Source: Vicugna vicugna (Eukaryota). Taken from it: a stretch of DNA of 64,000 bases. The stretch spans positions 2,232,001-2,296,000 of the forward strand of contig MU058718.1 of assembly GCA_013265495.1 (NCBI GenBank). Direction: 5' to 3'. Both the position numbers and the translations under genes were made by a program. The notes under the pieces are model-generated. The model ran no database searches, was not told where the DNA came from, and saw nothing but the letters and a program-made list of their open reading frames with translations. This document shows, piece after piece, positions 37,301 through 49,300 of the stretch (positions are counted from its first letter, which is position 1; each line of letters starts with the position of its first letter).

Positions 37301-40300
37301 GAATTCCTTTTCAAACATTTTAGATATTCAAGATGATGAAGTGGCAGAAACTGTCTACAGAGACAGGAAGAGAGACTTACCTTTGGAACTCACAGTGGAA
37401 CTAACAGAAGAGACATTTAATGCGACAGTAACAGCTTCTGACAGCCTGGTGCTCTTCTATGCGAGTTGTGAGTATGAGCCTTTCCAGTAGATGACTACAT
37501 TACATAGTAGGACATTTAAAGTAGACATTTTATTTTTGCATTCCGTTATTGCACATTGTAAAATGACATAGCTTTCATATGTCCTGCACCTTGAAACATA
37601 TACTTCTAGCTGATTCTGGGGTTGTAAAACTGATTATACTGATTATATATATCTGACTTACAGACTGAAGGTGAATGATCAAACTGGATGTTAAGCTTCC
37701 TAATTTAGAAAAATTATTGTGATGCAAGCAAATGATTTTAATAGATTAACAATTCTTATAGATGTATAGGCAGTTAATTGCTTTTATCTTCAGATAATAG
37801 CCATTTAACTCCTTGCAGTACGAATGCAGAAAATTAGATGCTTTAGGAACCCTTTTAAATGTTTAGGCAATATTGAGTACTGCACACTAGGATATTTCTT
37901 ATTAAGAAATAACAATTTTAGGAAACCCCATAAATCTATATGTTTGTTATATGTAAGTATGGATGCTTTAGAGATATGCATGTTGTAGTATCTGTTTAAC
38001 TTTTTATTTTAATGTAGGGCAAGCAATATCCATGGCGTTTCTGCAATCCTATATCGATGTGGCAGTTAAATTGAAAGGTACTATACTGTGGTGTGCATGC
38101 ATGTTTTCCTGATTCTGAGCTGTAGCTATTTGTAAACTGTGTCTGCTAAAGATGTAGAAGCACATAAAGTTTCAGGTTATTATGTTTGTGTCTCTAAGGT
38201 TAATAAGTTAATAAACCATGAGTTTCAGAATTCTCAGGAGCATTCACTTTGACTGTCTTCATAAAACTACAGTTAATCCAGTAACCTTTTTGGCTGAATT
38301 TAGTCATTCAACAAACATTTATTGAGTGTCTACTCTGTGCCAGTGACTGTTAAATATTATTAGATAAATACTAAATCCTATTAAATAAAAATGTGATACA
38401 TAAAGACCAGTCTCACAGCTTGATGAAGGATCCAAGATCCCAATGTTCTTGAAGGTATACAGTTGGGTCCTCATGGGTGGGATATTTCTTAATAGCCACG
38501 ATCTTTTAATTTTAACTATTCAACGAAAACTGATTCAGTGGTAGACAAATAAGAAGCCAAGGAATCGACTAAAAAATATCTATGCCACCATTCCAGCAAA
38601 GACATAAGGAGAAGTAGAGAAGCCTGTGTTAGTAAGAGACAGTGATAGATGAGGTATGTATGCTTTATAATCATCTAAATAAGACAATATATCATGCTTG
38701 TATCTTTAATATGATTTTCTTGTTAATAAAAGTTATTATGGTTAAATAGGCTTATTCTTGGCTACTCCAGGAATGCATCCACCATTAAGTTTTTGGGCAC
38801 ACTAGCTTATAGGCTCTTTTATTATTTAGTAAGTTCCTTATGGCGTAGGTGGTGTGCCTTATACTCAGCTCGTTGGACTTGGTGCATTACTTCACTTTAC
38901 AGGATATCTGGTTTTTAATAATTGTTTAATAAATGAATAAGCTGAGATAGTAGAGTTTCATAAATTTTATTTAGTGGAAAATGTGTACTGCTATACAACT
39001 TTTATTTTTATTGGGGACTGTTGTAAACTCAGGAAATTGATTCCAGAAAGTCAACTCTAAATGTAACATGTCCTATAGTAATAAAAACATCAGAGATATT
39101 AAAAATCATTTTTGAACCATTTCTCTTCCATTCATTTCCCAACCACATTTGATCCAACTTTTGATCATTTCATTCCCCAAATGAGGGGGTGAGTCCATCT
39201 GTAGATACTGTGATGATCCTTAATTTTTTTTTTTTAAAGCAAATCCTGTTACTCTCTTTCAGATTCTCCTCTCTGGTTGCACTCTATAGACAAATTTAAG
39301 TTTCTTCTCTAGGTTGCCCAGCCTTACTGGGAATAATTAGAAGAAAGGAAAAGGAGGAGGAAAATATAAACCATAATGAAATAGTAATTGGATAATGGCC
39401 CTGAATAATAGAATGATTCTCTCCCACAAGCCCACTTGGTTAGATACCAAATGAAAATGGAAAAAGATTTTCTTTCTTCTTTATTAATGACCAAATAAAG
39501 ACCTGGTCCCTCAACGCAGGGACTCTGAGCTGTGTGTGTTTGTAGAATGAAAAAGCAGATAACCAACCTAGGACTTGATTTCCTTTTTCAATTAGTATGT
39601 TCTTTATGAATAACAATCCTTTTGGTAATTAGATATCAGATAAGTGGACTATTTTGGAAGTTCATGGGGCTTAATAAAAAATTGTAATATAGGTTACAAT
39701 AGCATTTTGTGCCTGTATTGAAGCCTATACTGTAACTCTGTAAATTAGAAAATATTGTATTACTTTGGGTATTTAGTCCTGTAGTCTTTCATGTCAACTT
39801 GGGAAAAAAACACTTTTCATCTTAGTTCAAGAGGATGAAGAATATTCTATACTCAGTCACAAGGTGGCAGCAAAGATCAACTTTTTATACTTTGTATCTT
39901 AGCGAGTCTGGTATTTTTTTTTCTTTTCTTTTCTTTTAAACTAGGACCCCTATTTGGAATTACTGCATTGATAAAGTAGGTGGACTATAATACTACAGGC
40001 ATCTTAGAATATTAGACTATTTCATCTGAAACATGATTAAGTATTGAAACCATTTTACAGGAAAGAAAATAAAAACTTTACATTGATAACTTCAATGCAA
40101 GTAGCCTTATAACTCTTCATGACATGTATCAATATTTTTTCTTCAGTTTTAAAAATAACATCAAAGTTTTCAACTTGGACTGCAGGGACAAAGGAATAGT
40201 AACATTTTTAGCAGTGGTAGACCTATGAAGGATGCTTATTGAAGGGAAAGAACCACGTCTGTAATAACATGGTATTCCATCCGTGGGTGGCAATATAACA

Positions 40301-43300
40301 CTCTGTAACAGCAAACACCAGTACAAGCACCACTAGGCATTTACTGACTAAATGATTAAAATAAAGGATAAGAAAACTTTAGAGAGAAGGTCTAATTTTA
40401 GAAGGATTAAGGATTTATCTTTTTTTCTAGGCTTATATAATATTCAGGTATTAGTATACTTTAGTGTAAACACTGAAAATTTGTTCATAAAGAAATATCA
40501 GGGTACATTCCACAATTTTTTTTTTGGCATTCCACAAATTTTTATTGGGTACATACTGTGTAACAGACGTGCTGGGCAGTGGGTTTATAGTGATGAATAA
40601 GACAAACTAGACCCTGCCTGTATTACCAGACAGATTGCTAACACTAAATCTGAGGTGATAAGTTATTGCGCATATGAGATATAACCTAGGATCATTTAAA
40701 ATATAAAAATGAATTTTCAGTATTAAAAATTTTCAGAGATAAAATAGTAAAATATTACACTTCACAATTTTAATCATAGGATTAGATTACAGTAAATTAG
40801 GATATATCCTAAATTAATATATAAAGATTCCTTCTTTGATCTAATATTATATTAAAGTTTCCTTTTGTTGGAATGTATTCCTTCCTTTCAGTAGCTGAGT
40901 TGTGTGATGGTTTGTTGTTTGGTTTTTGATATCTTTCTGCCTAATGATTTATATATTTTGGAGAACTTCACATATATAGTTGACCCTTGAGCCATGCAGG
41001 GATTAGGGGCATTGACTTTCTGTGCGGTAGAAAATCCGAGTATAACAGATTTGGCCCTCTGTATACACGGTTCCTCAAGCTGAGAGCCCACATGCATGGA
41101 TTCATCCAACCTTGGTTTGTGTAGTACTGTAGTATTTACTATTGAAACAATCCACATGTAAGTGGACCCACACAGTTCAAACCTGTATTGTTCAAGGATC
41201 AACTGTATGAGTGTTGAACAAGTAGGAACTTCTCTTTGGGATTCTACTCTGTTTTCTTAGGCTGAAAAGAAATTATAGTATTTAGAGGAGATGGGTTTGT
41301 GAAACCCTAGATGAGTTCCACGTGTGTAATTTATTCACACATATTTAAGGTGTTTAATATACAAGGACTGCTCCAGGTGCTGGAAAATCAGTGACGGGGA
41401 AAATGGACATGGTCCCTACTCTCAGGGAGCTCTAATCGTACCACAACACAAATGCTACATAATTACATGATGAGATAAGGGAAAGAGCACAGGAGTCTGA
41501 TGTAGGTCAGTGCGTCAGAGGAGGCGTCCTTGGAGCGGTCCCACATGCAGAGATCTGAAGGGATGAGGAAGACCTAACTGCAGACATTGGTGGGGGTGGG
41601 CTGGCAACAAAACAGATTTGAGTTTTCAAAAGATATCTCTAGCTTCAGTGTAGAGATTGAATTTAGGGAAATGAATTAGGAGAAATGATGACTGGAATAG
41701 TGGCAATAAAGAAAAACGGACAGATATAAGAGATACTGAAAGTTTAGGTTGTACAATTGAAGCAGATGCTGATTGATGTGATTGGACATGTGGAGTTTAG
41801 GAATGGGGAGGCATGAAAGATGGTACTTTGCTATCTTTTTACAACTCAGAAACAGTGTCCACCAATATTTGGAGGAAGGAAACCATATTTGGTTTCAGAC
41901 GTCTGGAATTTGAGGGTGTTTCCATGCAAAGGGAAATAGAGAAGGCAGTCAGGATACATGGGTCTGGAACTTTGAGGAGCCTGGGCCAGAGCTATAAATT
42001 TAGGATTCATTTGATTGTTGATGATTCCTGAGATTGTTTAGAAGAGAGGATAGAATGGGTAGAGAAAGCAGCTTAAACTGAGTCTTGAGGAACTCCTGAC
42101 TGCACTGGCAGAGAAGCCTGCAAAAGGGACCAAAAAGGAACAGCTTGAGAGTTGGCAAAAAAGCCAGTAGGGGATGATGTTGCAAAAAATCAAGGGAAGA
42201 GAATCTTTCCGCAGAAGTGTTTTGTGCTGCTGTAAAGTTAAAAGAATGGAATATAAAAGTATTGACAGTTTTCAAAAACTGAGTTTTCTACCTTAACGTG
42301 TATAAAATGTGCATTTTCCTTTATTTAGGCACATCCACTCTGCTGCTTACTAGAGTAAACTGTGCAGACTGGTCCTATGTATGTACTAAGCAAAATGTCA
42401 CTGACTTTCCTGTTGTAAAGATGTACAAGGAAGGCGAGAACCCAGTGTCTTATGCTGGTATGTTAGGAACTGAAGAGCTCCTAAAATTTATCCAGCTGTA
42501 AGTATTCAGCTTTCCCCTAAGATTTTAAAATTTCAGGTCTATAAAACTTCTAATTCCCATACTTTGTAGACACTCTTTGAATAGGTATGACCTGAGATCA
42601 CAGGATAAACACTGATGAGGAGAGCCCATCTGCATTCCATCACTTTTGGGGAGATAGCAGTTTTGTTTGATGAGGCTGATTTTTTTGTTTAGAATAGTAT
42701 TTAATTGTCTTTATTTTGTCAGTTGTTTATCCTATGGAATATAGTATTTGCTAAGTTCAGTATATTTTATTTTATTTTTTTACGAGCTGAACAGTATCTT
42801 TAAAAATTAATTTTGAATATTCTTAAATATTCATCCAGCAACAGGATTTCATGCCCAGTGAACATAACATCTGTCCAAGGAGCAGAAGAATTTTTAAGTG
42901 GGGAATTATATAAAGACCTGATCACCTACTCTCGTGTGTCAGTACTGGGGCTGTTTAGTCCAACCATGACAACAGGTAAGTGGAATTAAACATTTATATG
43001 GTTAAAGACTCATTTACTAGTTTTTTAAAAAGGCTTTTAAAGAATTATTATCTTTTTAAATTATAGAGAAATCAAAATATAGACAATTTTGAAAAATAGA
43101 GAAATTTGAAGAAAAGAAAGTCTGTAATTATTTAGAATTGTTAAATTTTAATGTAATTCCTTCCCTTTTTGCTGTGTACCTATGTATTGCAGATTAATAC
43201 ACATTTTAATGTAACTGGGCTATTGCTGTGTGTTTAGGTTAGTATCTTGCTGTTTTTATTTACCATTACATGGGTACATTTTTTTCATGTGATTAATGTT

Positions 43301-46300
43301 CTTCAAAAACATCATGGCTGTACATTTGATTGGATGAATATACCATAATTTATTTAACTGTTTGCCAACAAATAATATTTGTTGTTTCCATTTTTTCTTT
43401 TTGCTATATGTAAAGAATATTTTTATTTATGAGTCTTTGTGTGGATTTTAGACTATTTAATGGGTTTAGATTCCCAATAGGAGAATAACTTTGTCTTCTT
43501 ATAAACTGTATGTAGTATGTATTATTCATTGTTTAAAATGGGTTTTAGTGCTTGTCTAATGGATTACTATGTTTTTGTATATTAAGCGTATTAAGCTTTT
43601 GTCATTTTATTCCACTTATTTCCCCCCAGTTTGTTGTTTTGCGTTTTAGCTTTGCTTAATAATTTTATATGTAGCTGTTTAAAATTTCTTTTCAAATTTA
43701 TTGATTTTGTGATTTCTTCCATAGCTTTTAGCTGTAGAAAATCTTTATCATCCTTATAATTAATGTATTTTCTTCTTGCTTTAATTTATATTTTCTTTCT
43801 CTAATTTATATTGTCTTCTTGCTTTGAATGTTCTTTTTTAAAAACTGAGTGATAAAATAAACATTATCATGAAATTTACCATTTTAATCATTTTTAAGTG
43901 TATAGTTAACTAGCGTTAACTATATATTGTTGTGCAACTAATCTCCAGAACTTTTTCATCTTGCAAAACTGAAAAACTCTTTACCCACTAAGTGGTAACT
44001 CCATTTCCCTGTTTCCCTAGCCCATGGCAACCACCAGCCTACCACTGGTCTCTATGAATTTGACTACTCTAGTTACCTCATAAAAGTCAAGTCATACAGT
44101 GTCTTTTTCTGACTGGCTAATTAGCTTAATGACCTCAAGATTCATCCACCTTGTAGCATGCATCAGAATTTCCTTCTTTTTAAAGCCTGAATAATATTCT
44201 GTCGTATATATAAAACACATTTATCCATTCATCTGTTGATGGACACTTGGGATCTCTTGGCTGTTGTGAATAATACTGCTGTGAATATGGGTATACAAAT
44301 ATTTCTTTAGGACCCTGCTTTCAATTCTTTTGAATATATATCCAGAAGCGGAACTGCTGGGTCATATGATAGTTCTATTTTTAATTCTTTGAGAAACTAT
44401 CACTCTGTTTTCCATAGTGGCTATACCATTTTTACATTCCCACCAACAGTATATATACAAGGGTTCTAATTTTTCCACATCCTCCAGTACTTGTTATTAT
44501 CTGTTTTTTTAATAATAGCCATCCTAATGGGTATGAGGTAATGACTTTTGATTTGCATTTCCCTAATGATTAGTAAGCATCTTTTTATGTGCTTGTTGGC
44601 TGTTTGTACATCTTCTTTAGACACTGTGTCCTATGCTCATTTTTCAATTGGTTTTTGTTGTTGAGTTGCAGGAATTCTTTATGTATTCTGGATATTAAAC
44701 CCTTATCATATATACTATTTGCAAATATATTCTCCCATTCTGTAGGTTTCCTTTTCACTATCAATTGTGTCCTTTGCTTTTACACTCCCCCCCCGACCCT
44801 TTTCTTTTTTAAATCTTCAACCATTTAGATGTATTTGTTCACGGTATAAAGTTAGAGCCAACTTTGTGTCTACATGGTTAATAATTGTCCTTTTTTTGAT
44901 TCTACCATCACCATATTAAATCCACTTCTCTACATGTATGTGCGTATAAATGTTTTCTTTTTTATTCACTTTGCCTATTGATACTTAATCTGTTAGTTTT
45001 ATAATATATGTTGAATATATGATTGGGTCAAGTCTCTTTTTTGTCTTTTTGACATTTTCTTAACCTTTTGTCTGTTGACTCTGCTAGATGAACTTCAGCC
45101 ATTTACACATGTTGTTCAAACTTATTTGGATGTCTGTTGCTTGTTTTATGCTTCGTTGGTGTTCTTTAGTTAGTTTTTTTCTATTTTATTTCTATATGGA
45201 GTATGCCTTTGGTTTTATTTTCTCCAGGGCTATAGAAGATGTTCTTTAAAGAAGTTAAAATGTATTGGAATCCATAAACTTAAAGACTATTTAAATGATT
45301 TTGACTCCTTCGTATGGAAAATAAGGATGCTTATAATTTCTTCCATTTTTTCTCTATATGAGCCTCTATGGTCTCATGTTATAGACTCAAAGTATCATTT
45401 CTGCTAAGCTTTTTTTTTGCAGTATATTTCTCTTTCAAAAATATTCTGCATGTATGTTTCCAACATTTTATTATGAAAAATTTCAAACATACAGCAAAGA
45501 TGAAAGAATTTCACAGTGAATCCCCACATACCCCCGTCATCCAGACTCTACCGTTGGTATTAACCATACCTGTTTTGGCACATACCACCCATGAGGTAAT
45601 TCATCTCGTTGATGCATCTCGGGTGGACGTCTCAGTGTTCAGCTTTGCTGTAGTGCTTCCAGCAGTTAGCGTCACTTTGCTAGTTTTACAGCATTATAGA
45701 CTGTAGTGTTCTTTTACTTCACAACTTTTCTGTTTTCAGACTCCTACTCCTAACCCTGTTCCTCCTTCATGGGAATGGATCTTTCAGTAAGTTTCAAAGG
45801 AAGGGCACACAGGGCATTTTTTCTGAGCAGTGGCATTGCTTAGAACGCAATTCTCTTGGCTTTGGATATGGATGGCCTCTTGACTGGGGAGCAAAACCCC
45901 TAGTGTTTTCTTAATCACATGCTGACTCTTTCCATGTATGTAGCAAACTTCCCCCCTGCTTATTTTTCTTTCATTTTAAGATGAATTTCAAATTCTGAAT
46001 GAAATATTTTAACGATACTTGTATGGGAAGAAGATCCCCAGTGTCTAGCATTATAATTGTATATAGTTTAACTACTTATTAAATTTTGCTCTCTACAAAT
46101 TGCTGTCTAATAATTTTTCCCTTCTACTTTGTCTTCAAAATCTTTAAAAATAAAAGCCAAAAGAACTCATTAGAGAGAAATAATAAGAATGTTAATATGT
46201 GCTCTGTGGTTTAACCATCTTAGTAGGCAAAATCCTAGAGGGTGTAACTTTTTAATTTGTATTCTGTGAAAAGTTGTGAAGTGAATGAGTCTCTATTTCA

Positions 46301-49300
46301 CTCCTCCATCTTTCCCTCTCTAATGTTTCTGTACCCACAGTTGACTTTGCTTTCTACCTACCTCAGGTGCCTGGTGTCCTGAAGTTCTCGTTTATTATTT
46401 ACACTGGGCCTCCTTCCAAAAAGAATTAGTCTTCACATAATAAAAAGCACACATACAATAAAATCATTAAAACAAGGATAAGAGTTAAGCAATAAAAGAG
46501 TGGGGGATAATTATGTAGAATATCTAGAGAACATGCAGTTGGTCATAAAACTTAAACCTAAGCAATCTGGTAGCAAAAAGAAATAGATGAAAATTTTGCC
46601 AGTGTATCATCATTGCATAATAAATGGCAGCATATAAGTTAATCCATTTCTCTGACTGTACATCCTAAGAGGCATTTTTCTATGTAGGGGATCAGCATAA
46701 GGAACAGTGTATTTGATTGTATTTCTATACAAATGATAAAGTTTACATGCAGTTATCTCTCAACAGAAGTCAAAAGCATAGGGTTAAAGTATATAAAGGT
46801 AGTTCTGGTGTGCTAGAATGATGCAATCCGAATATGATGCTTTTTTTTTTCACATTGATTGCTACTAAGCCTTTGCAGTCAGGTGTTAGTTCCTCTTCTT
46901 TTTTTGTTTATTTTTGTTTTTGCAGACATCCGTATGATAGTTGCTGGATTTTCAACATCTGTTGAGTGAGAAAATGTTTAACAATAACAGGCAGCTATGA
47001 ATCCATTAACATTTTAATGTACATTTGCATTTTAATCATAAACGCTAACTACTAACATTTGCTGAGCACTTACTTTGTATCAGATATTTATTTGTTGTTC
47101 CTATAGATTCTAATATTTGAAGACTAACGTGAGTTCCATGAGGGCTGAAATGTCTCTTTTATCCACTGGGGTATCTTTCAGGCCCCTCTACTGGAAAGTT
47201 ACTATATTTTCCTTTGTGACTAAAAAATAATCTTGCGGGGATATACTTTAAAACTTTGTAAATGTCCCGTTTCTCATTATACATTTGCACACCAGTTTCA
47301 GAATACACTGCCTCAAAGAGCTATTACAGTGTTGGTTGCTGAGTGGAAATTTTCTAACTCCATTATTCCTTCTACCTTTATTAGTTGGCATACTACTATA
47401 AGAGCTTTTCCTTCTCATTTATTTATCAGTATGGATGGTTGAGTTCTTATTTCACTCAATGGATTATAATGTTACTGTCATTAGTTTGCTCAAATTGTCC
47501 CAGATTTGGTCATTGTGAGCCCCTTCATTCTGACTCTCATGTCCTTTTGATATGTCTCCATCATTTTTTGAGTATGTTCTTTTGACACAAAATGTTCCCA
47601 GCCTCATTCCTAGAATCAGCCATTTCTCCAAGAAGTCCAGGTTCCTTTTAGTGGGACATTGAATTTAGAAGCCAAGATCTAGGGGTTCGGAGTGTTTTTA
47701 GTTCCTGAAGTGTTCTTACTTCTCAACTATTTTGCTGACAGAGCTAAAATATAGATATATCTATATATGTATGTATATAAATATAACTTTAATAAAATGA
47801 CAGTGCGAAAAAGTAGTATTGCTAAATTAATGTATTTATTTTATGTACTTTAAACGTTTATAGTTAAAACAACTAAATATTATAGGTCACCATTAATATT
47901 ACATCCCAAGTATACTTACAGTGGTTAAAAAAACTTTATTTAGGTAAATGATTATTTCCTTATATTTGAGATTGCCGTATATTCAGAAGGAGAAGAATGT
48001 GCCTGGTTTTAAACATTCAGAGGAGGATTTGCACTGATTTAGTGGGAATGGATATGCATCTGAGGTCTGCAGTTTTAAATATCCTCATCCCACAAATAAC
48101 TTAGGGTTTATGTCCAAGTGGATTCATGAAGAGCCTTTCAAGAAACATTCATGAGTTTAGGGTCTTCTGCATGAGGAAATTACGTGGAAATATTAGAGTA
48201 ATTTTCCACTATTACTTACCAAAAAAAGAAGCTGAAACTGATTCCATTATGTCATTGCTTTAGACAATAGTCATCCATTATTGACCAGAATTTAGAGAAT
48301 TTCTCTTAGAAATCAAAGTATAGGCATTCAGTTCTTTCTAGTTGCTTAGTTTTCTTATGAATCTTTTCTACTGTGGTATAGCACAGGCAAAAGAAAATAC
48401 TTTCATGGGTTACTAGTTTCTCATTTAAATTTATGATTATAAATGAGCTCTCAATGCTTCTGCTGGTGGACTGTGCCATTCCAGTAAGTTGGCTTTTCTA
48501 CAGTGTTTCTCAGTCTTGTGGAAAGTACGTATCCTTTTTAAAGAAAACAATCTTGCGGTTTCCAGTGTTACTAATGTTGATGCTCACATCACGAATATAG
48601 TGCTGACTGCTAAGTTACAGATCTTTTGGGTTCAGCATACCCAGACTACTAGTGCTTTATGATTCATTTTTTCCATCATTGTTTTTCTATTTGAATTGCT
48701 GTGAACCTTTTATGTAGTGAGCTGAGCTATCACCTTGGCCTTTAGTTGGCAAGAACACATCATTTGTAAGAGCCCACCTCTGCTCTTTTCTTACTAGTCT
48801 GCAGCTGCTAATTCAGACTTGCTTCTTGGTCATAAGATCCAGAATATGCTATTATTTATGAGTATATTCAGAAATCTATAGAATAATAGTTTTTATTTTG
48901 AATATGTATATCCTAACAAATCAGAGAAGAATTATACCCAAATTAATCAAAGTCCAAAAGTAACAAAAACACATTACAGAAAATACAGGAAATAAAAGAA
49001 GACACAAATCCCTCTTAAGTGTAGAACCCTAACACGGACACTGTTAGAGGACTAGAATTTCCAGTCTTCTATTTTTTCTATGTATATAGGCACTTTCAGA
49101 TTTTGTGGTTATAACGTACCTGCTTTTATTTCCAGGCTACATATAGGACAGCTGTCTCCATTTACCATGCCTTAGGAGTAAATTAAAAAGCAACAAATGT
49201 TTATTTAGTAATTCTCTATGATTAGAGTCCTATAAATTACAATTATCAATTACAGTTGACCCTTGAAAATTAGGAGGTTAAGGGTACCAACCCCTTGCGC

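Noticed and set aside
47749..47766. Perfect palindrome ATATAGATATATCTATAT
   Set aside because: Low-complexity TA sequence, expected by chance.
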